Virus record (IMG/VR): IMGVR_UViG_3300045988_169639
Span: 1-16,085 of that record
Length of the DNA stretch: 16,085 nucleotides
DNA from: a virus
Direction: 5' to 3' (one strand)
Positions 7,834 to 16,084 of the stretch are shown here, piece after piece; position 1 is the first letter of the stretch; each line of letters begins with the position of its first letter. The translations under genes and the position numbers were made by a program. The notes under the pieces are model-generated. The model was not told the origin of the DNA. It searched no databases and saw only the letters and a program-made list of their open reading frames with translations.

Positions 7834-7865
7834 TTTGGAAATTGAAATTTTATGTATTATCTTTG
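7834..7865 (+). promoter_or_regulatory. Bacteroidota-type promoter motif P2, rightward.
   Basis: TTTG (7834-7837) is followed by 20 nt and then TATCTTTG (7858-7865). It is an inverted copy of the 16-mer found at the leftward promoter. Confidence 0.5.
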
Positions 7866-7900
7866 TACTATCAAACTAAAACTACTTCCATATTGAAAAT

Positions 7901-7935
7901 TGAGCTGGGATTAATTCCCAGTTTAATTTTAATCT
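7901..7935 (+). terminator. Hairpin plus T-rich tract in the helicase leader (intrinsic-terminator-like or attenuator-like).
   Basis: The core stem is CTGGGA-ttaat-TCCCAG (7905-7921), extendable with A-T and G-T pairs to 7901-7925. It is followed by TTTAATTTTAATCTTT. Confidence 0.4.
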
Positions 7936-8023
7936 TTACTGTAACTTTTTTACTAATATTTTGTAGTAAGATAAATAAAAAAAGTTACATATAAAATTTA
8001 TTAACTTATTAAAAATTACTATT

Positions 8024-9742
8024 ATGAAAACTTATTTAAATAATTTAATCAATGAATTACCTACTAACTGTTTATTTGATAAAGGAAAAGTTGGATGTGG
8101 TGGAACTTCAATGGCTTTAGAGTGTGATAAGCCTTATGTTATATGTGTTCCATTTGTAAGCTTAGTTGAGAATAAACTTGCTCAATATCCTAATGAAAGA
8201 CGTAAAGAGCCTATTTTTGGAGTTTATCAAGGTATTACTAAGACAGACATTGAAGCTTATGTATCTTCAGTTAAATGCCCTAAAATCATTGTTACTTATA
8301 ATTCTCTTTATAAAGTAATAGAAGCAGTAAATCCTAAAGATTATAGCTTATTAATTGATGAATATCATATACTATTTAATCAATATAGTCTTAGAAGAGA
8401 TGCAATTAAAGATGTATTAAAGACATATAGTCTATTTAAAGAATATACATTTATGACTGCAACTCCATTAGAAGATGAATTTGTTTTAGATGAATTGTCT
8501 AAACTGCCATTAGTAAAACAAGAATGGGATGATGTTATTGAGACTAAAGTTCAGACTGTTAAATGCAAGAATGTAGAAGCTTCCACAATTAAGCTTATAA
8601 ATGGATTTTTAAGTGGGAATGTTGAAGGTAATGCTTATATATTTGTTAACTCTGTTGACTTTATAAAGAATCTTATTTTAAAGGCTAAACTTACAGCAGA
8701 TAACACAAGAGTAGTATATTCTAAGAATAATAGAACTAAACTGCCAATTCAGAATTCTTCAGTAAATGATGAACCTAAGAAGATTAATTTGTTGACTTCT
8801 ACTGTATTTGAAGGTTCTGATATTTATGATGAAAATGGAAGAATTATTGTAGTTAGTGATTCCTCTAAAGCTCAGACTCTTTTAGATATATCTACTTCAA
8901 TTCAACAGATTGCTGGTAGAATTAGAAATAGTAAATATTTAAACTGGATAACTCATCTTTACTCAGCAACAAGATATGCAGATATTAGTTATGAAGACTT
9001 TAAAAAGAAGAATATCCAGAATATTGAGGAAACTAAGATTGCTGTAGATGCTTACAATGCAATGCCTGAAGTTGCAAGAAAGAAACTTAAAGAATTTACA
9101 TCTGATACTTATATCCAAGTAAATGAGGATTATACCTTTGAATTTGACCCAAATATGGCTAAAGTAGATATATTCAATTTTAAGGTTGCAAGAGGTTTAT
9201 ACTCTGTAAGAGTTAATCTTACTAATGAATATCTAAAGAATGGCTTTATAAAGGTTGCTGAATGTGAAGATAAATCTATTAAGATAGACCTTGAAGCTCC
9301 TAGTAAGTCATTTCAGGAGCTTATTAAAGATGTAAGAGCTGAATGGGAAACTAAATTTAAAGTTGGAACTCCTATATTAAATGAAGCTCTAATTAAATAT
9401 CCTTGGTTAAATGATGCAATTAATAAACTGGGATTTGAAAGAATGGCAACTTTGGGTTATTGCATTAAAGATATTAAAGAGGAGCTTGTTAAAATATCAG
9501 ATAAAAATATGCCAAATAAGGTTGCCAAATTACTTACAAGAGATATTCAGAATGGTATGTTCTACAATTTAGCTTTATTGAAGAATAAGATTGCTGATGT
9601 ATATAAGACTTTAGGTATAAAGAAAACTGCAAAGGCAACAGATATTGAACACTATTTTGAAGTTAGAAAATCAACTAAAACTGAAAAGGATGTTAGAAGC
9701 AAAGGATACATTATTATTAGACCAAGATTCATATTTAAATAG
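8024..9742 (+). CDS. Superfamily 2 (DExH-type) helicase with an uncharacterised C-terminal region of about 250 aa.
   Basis: It is an intact 572-aa ORF. Motifs are P-loop GKVGCGGTS, motif II LLIDEYH, motif III MTATP, motif V-like LTSTVFEGSDI and motif VI QQIAGRIRN. It has four Trp codons, all TGG, and no in-frame TGA. The stop is TAG. Confidence 0.8.
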   Translation: MKTYLNNLINELPTNCLFDKGKVGCGGTSMALECDKPYVICVPFVSLVENKLAQYPNERRKEPIFGVYQGITKTDIEAYVSSVKCPKIIVTYNSLYKVIEAVNPKDYSLLIDEYHILFNQYSLRRDAIKDVLKTYSLFKEYTFMTATPLEDEFVLDELSKLPLVKQEWDDVIETKVQTVKCKNVEASTIKLINGFLSGNVEGNAYIFVNSVDFIKNLILKAKLTADNTRVVYSKNNRTKLPIQNSSVNDEPKKINLLTSTVFEGSDIYDENGRIIVVSDSSKAQTLLDISTSIQQIAGRIRNSKYLNWITHLYSATRYADISYEDFKKKNIQNIEETKIAVDAYNAMPEVARKKLKEFTSDTYIQVNEDYTFEFDPNMAKVDIFNFKVARGLYSVRVNLTNEYLKNGFIKVAECEDKSIKIDLEAPSKSFQELIKDVRAEWETKFKVGTPILNEALIKYPWLNDAINKLGFERMATLGYCIKDIKEELVKISDKNMPNKVAKLLTRDIQNGMFYNLALLKNKIADVYKTLGIKKTAKATDIEHYFEVRKSTKTEKDVRSKGYIIIRPRFIFK

Positions 9743-9902
9743 AATTGCGGATATTAAAGAAACTCTTAAAAAGTCAGAAGATACTATTAAGGAGTTTGAT
9801 AAGTGAATGAATGAATTTAAAGAGAATTCTAAGAAATTAGGAGATATTATAGATAGAGTATTAGCACAAAGAGATTTTACATTTATTTCTAAATTTGATT
9901 AA
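9690..9902 (+). CDS. Small coiled-coil protein (70 aa). The start is uncertain and could instead be ATG 9807.
   Basis: The frame opens after TAA 9618-9620, with ATG at 9690-9692, in-frame TGA at 9804-9806 and TAA at 9900-9902. Translation: ..NRIADIKETLKKSEDTIKEFDK-W-MNEFKENSKKLGDIIDRVLAQRDFTFISKFD. It overlaps the helicase 3' end by 53 nt. Confidence 0.4.
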
Positions 9903-9904
9903 TT

Positions 9905-10045
9905 ATGGATGATCATTTATTTAAAAAGCTTGAAGAACTAGAATACAGAATAGTTCAACTAGAAAACCAGAATAGAGGTTTAGTTTGGGAAGAAGTAGAA
10001 GAAATGCCAAAACCAGAAATTACTAATGCAACATATACTGATTAA
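9905..10045 (+). CDS. Small hypothetical protein (46 aa).
   Basis: Translation: ATG 9905-9907, MDDHLFKKLEELEYRIVQLENQNRGLVWEEVEEMPKPEITNATYTD, TAA 10043-10045. It is tightly packed between its neighbours. Confidence 0.4.
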   Translation: MDDHLFKKLEELEYRIVQLENQNRGLVWEEVEEMPKPEITNATYTD

Positions 10046-10046
10046 T

Positions 10047-10190
10047 ATGAAATACCAAACCTATAAATTATGTATAAATGGAGTGTATTATGTATATGTA
10101 ATACCAGAAAATAGTAAGTTTTTAGTAGACTTACAAACAGGAGATTTAATACCTAAAGAAGATGATAAATTATTTGAAATGATGGAATAA
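10047..10190 (+). CDS. Small hypothetical protein (47 aa).
   Basis: Translation: ATG 10047-10049, MKYQTYKLCINGVYYVYVIPENSKFLVDLQTGDLIPKEDDKLFEMME, TAA 10188-10190. The terminator follows directly. Confidence 0.4.
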   Translation: MKYQTYKLCINGVYYVYVIPENSKFLVDLQTGDLIPKEDDKLFEMME

Positions 10191-10198
10191 ATGAAAAT

Positions 10199-10229
10199 AG
10201 GAGGGTTATTTGCCCTCCTTTTCTTTTTT
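10199..10229. terminator. Rho-independent terminator at the convergence point of the rightward and leftward transcription units.
   Basis: AGGAGGG-ttatttg-CCCTCCT forms a 7-bp GC-rich stem, followed by TTTCTTTTTT on the + strand. On the minus strand the same hairpin is followed by ATTTTCATTTATT. Confidence 0.7.
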
Positions 10230-10230
10230 A

Positions 10231-10821
10231 TTAAACATATCTTCACTTGAATCCTTTTACTTTATAACCTTCTCTAATTGCTTTAGCAATAGAATTTTTA
10301 TGAACTCCGACATCTAAAGAAGCACTAACTGCACAATCATATTCTTTAATAAGAATATCATCTTTATATGCACCTACTTTCTTAGCTCTTGGATTATTAC
10401 CAAAAGAATTATTTAAATAGCTCAAATCTCTTCCTTTCTGGCTATCACTCATCTTTTTCCTAGTTTCTTCTGATGGATGTCTTCCAATACTTTTAGCTCT
10501 TATCTTGTCTTTTCTTTCTTGAGTAAATGTAATTCCTAATGTGCCATCACCTCCGTCTGTAGCATTATAACCGTATTTCAGATTACGAGTATTATATCTA
10601 TAAATAAGAATCTTCTCTAATGTTTTAGCACAAGCTTCTGGTAATCCTTCTTTAACTATAATGTGTTCAAATCCATCTCATCCATATTTTTTAATAGCAT
10701 TTTCAAATGGCTGTTTTCTATAGCCAAGACCGTTTGCCCATCGTATCTCTGGCTTCTTACAAGTAATTCCAATATATTTCTTACCATTAATCTTGTTTAA
10801 ATGAACATATACACTATACAT
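10231..10821 (-). CDS. GIY-YIG homing endonuclease, copy c (196 aa): NUMOD3-like linker and NUMOD1/IENR1-like C-terminus.
   Basis: ATG at 10819-10821 ([20 protein letters not shown]..). Track ORFs 10678-10872 and 10243-10452 lie in one frame, joined through TGA at 10678-10680 ([15 protein letters not shown]..). TGA at 10243-10245 gives the ending ..[12 protein letters not shown] before TAA 10231-10233. It is a paralogue of copy b. Confidence 0.85.
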
Positions 10822-11263
10822 ATAAATTACCTTTCTTTCTTCGTTGTAATCCTTTAATACTATATAAAGCAATATGCACTCAGTGAGCAGTACTACTTCT
10901 TTCTATAAAGCATTCGTCAAAATCATACTTTTCAATAGCTTCAGTAATCCAAACCTGAAATTCTTTCATTTGACCGTTACTTGGAATTATATCTGCTGCA
11001 TATCCTGTTAGATGGGCAGATGTCAAAGATCCTCCTACAGCTTTATTAAGCTCATTACATCTATAACCTGAATTCACACTTATTGCTGGATTCCCCAACC
11101 GATTAACATCACAATACTCTGCCCAATCACTTCTTAATGGGTCTAAAAGTTTCTCGACTAACTCTATAAGGTGTTCAGTAATCTCTTTATTTGGAGTATT
11201 ATCTATCTTCTTAATAGAAGCTGTATCAGATCTTGTTAATTCACTAATAGTAAAATATTTCAT
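10814..11263 (-). CDS. Endolysin, peptidase M15 family (L-Ala-D-Glu / D-Ala-D-Ala peptidase type), 149 aa.
   Basis: [28 protein letters not shown] carries the H-x6-D zinc motif. The track ends at TGA 10880-10882. Read-through gives ..[29 protein letters not shown] and TAG 10814-10816, restoring the family's W-V-H-(V/I) motif that carries the third zinc ligand. Confidence 0.85.
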
Positions 11264-11424
11264 TATTTAATAATATCTTTAAGCATAGTATAACGGTAAA
11301 ATAAATGACATCCTGCACCAAGTGCTATGAGTACTAATGTAATCCAAAATGGAATTACTTTTACCATTAAAAATACTAAGATTATAATTACTATTGCTAT
11401 TAAATATTTCATCCAATATTTCAT
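11263..11424 (-). CDS. Holin candidate (53 aa, two predicted TM helices).
   Basis: Translation: ATG 11422-11424, MKYWMKYLIAIVIIILVFLMVKVIPFWITLVLIALGAGCHLFYRYTMLKDIIK. TAA 11263-11265 overlaps the endolysin ATG as TAATG. It has a charged C-terminus and no TGA. Confidence 0.6.
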   Translation of the reverse strand: MKYWMKYLIAIVIIILVFLMVKVIPFWITLVLIALGAGCHLFYRYTMLKDIIK

Positions 11425-11427
11425 AAC

Positions 11428-12081
11428 TTATTTATTTAAAATTATACTTACTTTAATTCCTGCATCTCTTAGTTTTACTCAAGTATCAACTGGCATCTCA
11501 TTATCACAATAAGATAAGCCTAAAATTCCAATATCTCTATTTTCTGATTTTAAATAGAATATTGCTATCTTATTAACCTCATTAGATTTAAATGCATAAT
11601 ACATTCTTCTATCTAATTCCTTTATATCTTCAACATCTCCAAATCATCCTCCTTTTTTAGATGTTTCCAATATAAATAAATAATCAGATAATAGGAAGTC
11701 TTTATAGTGACTTGAAACTGGAGCAACTCCAGGTTCTGTTTCTTCACTATTCATAATGCCATAAGTGAATGGTAATCCTCCTAATCCTGAAGTGCTATTA
11801 TGATACTCAATAACTCAAGCTCTATCTGCATTCGTATCATTTAAAAGATCTTTAAGGATATATCTAACCTTAAGATCCGCTTCTTGTCGTATTACTTGAT
11901 TAGTATTATGAACTGTTTCTATATAACTTACAACTTTATCATATATTATTCCTGGATTAGTACTTATAATTATTACATAAGAAATAAATATAAATCCAAA
12001 TCCACCTTTAATTATTTTCCACAGTCCATATTTATCTACTCATTCTAATACCTTTCCAAACCAGTTTAATTTATTTTCCAT
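11428..12081 (-). CDS. N-terminally membrane-anchored protein of the lysis cassette (217 aa); function unknown. Invisible in the standard code.
   Basis: Not in the track. ATG 12079-12081 overlaps the upstream TAA. There are four in-frame TGAs (12040-12042, 11815-11817, 11644-11646, 11479-11481), and the stop is TAA 11428-11430. Translation: MENKLNWFGKVLE-W-VDKYGLWKIIKGGFGFIFISYVIIISTNPG.. then a soluble domain of about 170 aa (..DRA-W-VIEYHNSTSGLGGLPFTYG..KKGG-W-FGDVEDIKELDRR..PVDT-W-VKLRDAGIKVSIILNK). Confidence 0.7.
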
Positions 12082-12506
12082 TACATATTATCAGAACAAG
12101 TACCCAGAGTGTTGTCTACAGCTAAATCAACTCTAACAAATACTCCAGTACAAATATCTTTGAACTTCTGATAAAATGGAGTAAAAATTAAAGGATAAGA
12201 AATATCAACTTCTGGATATTGGTTATTAAATCGGTTAATTATATTAGTTAATGCTAATATTCCAGCTGATTGCTCTTCAAGCTGATTATTATCAGTCTCA
12301 TCCCATCTTGCTATAAAATAGAGATTTAAAGAGTAAGTAATAGTATCCTCATCCATATTAAATGTATTTGGAGTTATATAAAATACATTATATTCAATAG
12401 TTGGGATACTATTAAGTTCATATATATCCTTACTTCCTACAAAATTAATATTGGGTTCTTCAAGAGCACAAGCTTTTAAATTGTTTATTAATTCAAAATA
12501 CGTCAT
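12081..12506 (-). CDS. Hypothetical structural-module protein (141 aa).
   Basis: ATG at 12504-12506 lies one nt after the upstream TAA (MTYFELINNLK..). The track start at 12608 is a GTG inside the upstream gene. The stop is TAA 12081-12083. Confidence 0.6.
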   Translation of the reverse strand: MTYFELINNLKACALEEPNINFVGSKDIYELNSIPTIEYNVFYITPNTFNMDEDTITYSLNLYFIARWDETDNNQLEEQSAGILALTNIINRFNNQYPEVDISYPLIFTPFYQKFKDICTGVFVRVDLAVDNTLGTCSDNM

Positions 12507-12507
12507 C

Positions 12508-13185
12508 TTACTTACTCTTTTTATTGTTATCACTTGAAGGGAAATCATAAGCTCTTTGCAGAGGACCTTCACAAGAATTATATCTCCAACCTTTACCTCT
12601 AGCTCCACCTAACCAAATAGTGCAAGATGAACTTGAGTACATATTTGGATACATATCTTTAAGAGGTTTATAAGAATACAATTCAGGAAAATCATTATAA
12701 TATGTAATTACCCAATTTTGCAATCTTGTTTTAAAGAAATCTGCTTTATCTCTATAATATTTCTTAATAAGATTAACTTGATTAATATCAGAAGTTAAAT
12801 CTTTCTCATCATCAGTCCTCATAACCCCAAAGTTACTAAGCTTAAATGAGATGGGTATAGTAATTTCACTTAATACTTGATAAAGTAAATAGGGTTGAAT
12901 ATAGTAATCTAGCAATTCTTTATATCTATGATTTTCTGGGTCATCTATAGAAGTAGGATCATAAATAGGAGGTTCTATTGGATGAACTGGTTTATTTGGA
13001 TCTTTCCAATCGATTACTAATTTCTGAATCTTTTCTAAGAGCTTAGTTCCAATTAATGACTGAAGCTCAATATCTTGTGCAAGTTTAATTGCTGACTGAA
13101 GATATTTACCAGAAACATTATTGTCTAAATTGGATTCTGATTTTATATAATCTTCAGATATTAATAGTACATTTCTATATTCCAT
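12508..13185 (-). CDS. Hypothetical structural-module protein (225 aa); possible head-tail adaptor.
   Basis: It is an intact ORF with TAA stop. It lies between the portal/HEG and the lysis genes. The functional call rests on position only. Confidence 0.55.
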   Translation of the reverse strand: MEYRNVLLISEDYIKSESNLDNNVSGKYLQSAIKLAQDIELQSLIGTKLLEKIQKLVIDWKDPNKPVHPIEPPIYDPTSIDDPENHRYKELLDYYIQPYLLYQVLSEITIPISFKLSNFGVMRTDDEKDLTSDINQVNLIKKYYRDKADFFKTRLQNWVITYYNDFPELYSYKPLKDMYPNMYSSSSCTIWLGGARGKGWRYNSCEGPLQRAYDFPSSDNNKKSK

Positions 13186-13828
13186 AATAATATTTATAAT
13201 TTTTGCAGGGTTTATTTTTTCTACAAGATCTAGATATACTAGAAGAATCTACATTATTCTTCTCTCCAGCTTCCTTAGCTGATTTATACTCACAAATAAA
13301 ATTACCATCTAAATCATACTTATATACTTTTTTGCACTGACGTTCTGAAATTAGTTGTTTTTCTTTATCTGAGAGTTTCATACCTTTATTTCAAGGAGTT
13401 TTGCCTAATCTTGCCTCCCTCATTTTACGCTTGCTTTCATCTGAATGCTGTTTACCATAAAATGAGTTATTTTCTCCTGATCTTATAATTCTAAGACTAT
13501 CTTTATAATCTTGTGAAAAAGAATATCCACAAGTACCGTCTCCTCCATCAGTTAAATTATACCCATATTTTGGATTTCTAGTATTATACTTATAAATCAG
13601 AATCTTTTCTAAAGTCTTAGCACAAGCTTCTGGAAGATTATCTCTAATTATAATATGTTCAAAATTATCTCATCCATATTTTTTAATTGCTCTGCTAAAA
13701 TAAAGATTATTCTTGTAACCTTGACCTTTAGTTCCCCATCTATTATTTAAAGTAAGTGATGTTATTCCAAAATATAATTTATTATCAGCCATATTCTTAT
13801 GGCAGTACACTGTATAATTATTCAACAT
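13175..13828 (-). CDS. GIY-YIG homing endonuclease, copy b (217 aa).
   Basis: ATG at 13826-13828 ([85 protein letters not shown]..). TGAs lie at 13670-13672 and 13391-13393. It joins track ORF 13175-13381 and ends at TAG. It overlaps the portal stop and the next gene's start by 11 nt each. Confidence 0.85.
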
Positions 13829-14885
13829 TTTCTGCATTGTCTGACATTCCTTTTGGAGTTAAACTAAATGGTTCAATAGTAATACTATTCTTAATGCCGA
13901 AGATTTTATCAAATGAGTCACAAATTTCTGATTGTATTGGGCGTACAAAAGTACGATTATATAGCTTAAATGCTTCATTAAACTCATTTTCATTAAATCC
14001 TGAGCTATAGTTTAAACCGAACAACGAAGGATTAGCTCTGAAGGCACAGAATATTTGATCTCTGGTTCTCTCAGATAATGATTGATATTTCTCATCAAAA
14101 TCATCAGAATCTAATCTTTCAATAGTAGTCTTATTTGCCTCATCTGCATTATATGAAATCAATATTCTGCCAGCATTCTGATAACCAGAGAACTTCTCAT
14201 TAATATTCCTCTCAATCTCCTCTCTAATTTCATCTGTAGGTTCCCCATTATTAAAGTTAATAATAAGATTACCCATAAATCCATTATTGATGTTATTTAA
14301 ATGGAATTCATTAATATTTTTCTCAGTTTCACAAGATAAAATAGCAGCTCCATAAACAGGAATAGGATATACTCCTCTTGTTATATAACCTTTATTATAA
14401 AATATACTAGCTGGATTTTCATCCCCAGCTCCAAATTTTGGATATTTTATAGCTTTTACAGACCAAGCTGTCCAATCAGTTGCATAATATAATATATCAT
14501 TCTTTTCGCTTGACCTTACATTCATAAAATCAATATGATATATCTCTGCAACTCTTCCGAGCATATCTCTAATTACTTGGATAGCATAACCTCCAAATAT
14601 CATCTTATCAATAGTGATTTTTCTCATTATATCAACTATTGTTTCACCTTTCTTGTTTACAACTACTTCAAATCCTGGAGCATTACATTTAACATCATTA
14701 CCAACGATAAAGTCAGCAGAACCATTAATAATGGATTGGAGAGTGGCAACATTTAAATATAAATCCCATAGATATAATGGATATTTGTTATCTTCTCCTC
14801 ACATTATCATATCAGAACCTCTTTTCCTTGTTTCCGTTGGAAGAACGATGTTAGATTGAATAAAAGGATCTAGGGCTGACATCAT
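13818..14885 (-). CDS. Portal protein (about 355 aa).
   Basis: Track ORF 13818-14627 extends upstream in frame through TGA 14799-14801 to ATG ATG at 14880-14885 (MMSALDPFIQSNIVLPTETRKRGSDMIM-W-GEDNKYPLYLWDLYLN..). The sequence resembles portal families (..YGAAILSCETEKNINEFHLNNINNGFMGN..ERLDSDDFDEKYQSLSERTRDQIFCAFRANPSLFG..). Confidence 0.7.
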
Positions 14886-14895
14886 TATTTTACTT

Positions 14896-15285
14896 TTATT
14901 TTCTTTCATAAGCTGTGTATTTTGATTGATAGTCATATTGGTATTTATTATTATCATAATTACCTACCCTCATTAAACCTGAGCTTAGTATGCTTATGGG
15001 AGTACCAGCTACAAGTATCTCTGTTCCATTTGTGAGAGTATTGGAATATGTAACTAATATTACAGGATTACCATACAATTCACTTCTATAAATATTATTA
15101 GTATCAATGATTATATCATACTTATTAGGATTTTCAAATAAGATATATTGATACTCTCCGTCATCCATATCTTCTAAAGTTATATCAAATTTATAATATA
15201 TATTTTCAGAATAATTCTGATTATTTAAATTATAAATATAAATTTGTTTTGTTACAGTATGCTGAAGAACAAGACTATAATTCAT
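14896..15285 (-). CDS. Hypothetical protein (129 aa).
   Basis: It is an intact ORF with ATG 15283-15285 and TAA 14896-14898. It is Asn/Tyr-rich and has no recognisable motif. Confidence 0.5.
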   Translation of the reverse strand: MNYSLVLQHTVTKQIYIYNLNNQNYSENIYYKFDITLEDMDDGEYQYILFENPNKYDIIIDTNNIYRSELYGNPVILVTYSNTLTNGTEILVAGTPISILSSGLMRVGNYDNNKYQYDYQSKYTAYERK

Positions 15286-15940
15286 ATTTTCAAATATATT
15301 TTTTATATGTGGGAATTATGCCTCTTAAAGCATTATATACACCACTTCTTGTAAATTCATCTTCTAGCTCTCTAATTCTACTATATTTTTTAATTAGTTT
15401 TCCATCTAAAGAGTATCTGAGAATATATTTATATTTGGGATTTGGCCTAGTCTTTCAAGCTTCTTTCATAGCTTGTTTACATTCCTCACTTCTTGATTTT
15501 CCATATAGAGGATGAAATTCTCCAGATCTACAATAATTACTAGTATGTTTGCCGTAATTTGGATTCTTTTCTCCTCTTTTTGCTTCAGACAATCTTTTTC
15601 TCGTTTCCTCAGTTATTATATGTCCAAATCCACCATCTCCTCCATCTGTCATATTATATCCATTTATTTTAGAATTAAATAAATTAATATATTTCTTTTC
15701 AGCTTCATCTAATTTTCTATTTAATAAACTTTCTGAGGTACAACAAAATACCTGTATAGTTTCGATAATAAAATTTTTATCTCCATATTTTCTAATAGCT
15801 CGACTTAAATGATAATCCAAACCAGATTTTGCTTTCAGTTTATGCTCAATGAACCTACGTTTAATATCTCTGGTAGTTTTTCCAATATAAATCTTATTGT
15901 TTATTAAATTAGTTATTTTATAAATTGTTCCACTTTGCAT
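15275..15940 (-). CDS. GIY-YIG homing endonuclease, copy a (221 aa): NUMOD3 repeats and NUMOD1/IENR1-like C-terminus.
   Basis: The N-terminus GTIYKITNLINNKIYIGKT..RF.EH is a GIY-YIG motif. The track ends at TGA 15455-15457, but the frame continues (..AMKEA-W-KTRPNPKYKYILRYSLDGKLIKKYSRIRELEDEFTRSGVYNALRGIIPTYKKYI-W-KYEL). A second TGA lies at 15290-15292, and the stop is TAG 15275-15277. Confidence 0.85.
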
Positions 15941-16008
15941 AATTTTTACATTAGTTTTACATATCTTTTTCTTAAAATATAAACTAATTTACTAATGTAT
16001 TAAAATAA

Positions 16009-16084
16009 TTAAAGGAGACCTAAGCCTCCTTTAATGTCAAGTTTTTTACTCACTCAAAGTACTAAGAAAAAATAAAAACTGACA
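16009..16084 (-). repeat. Structured intergenic element, copy B: a 50-nt inverted repeat (16035-16084) followed by a 9-bp hairpin (16009-16034).
   Basis: The minus strand reads TGTCAGTTTTTATTT-N17-TGAGTAAAAAACTTGACA, then TTAAAGGAG-gcttaggt-CTCCTTTAA, then TTATTTTAAT. It has the same layout as copy A, but the second hairpin has a different sequence. Confidence 0.7.

Noticed and set aside
7901-7925. The hairpin CTGGG-attaatt-CCCAG as the anticodon arm of a suppressor tRNA.
   Set aside because: The flanking sequence has no acceptor, D-arm or T-arm (GTTCRANYC-like) features. The loop would present TAA rather than TCA, with a pyrimidine at position 37. No other tRNA-like sequence was seen in the non-coding stretches.
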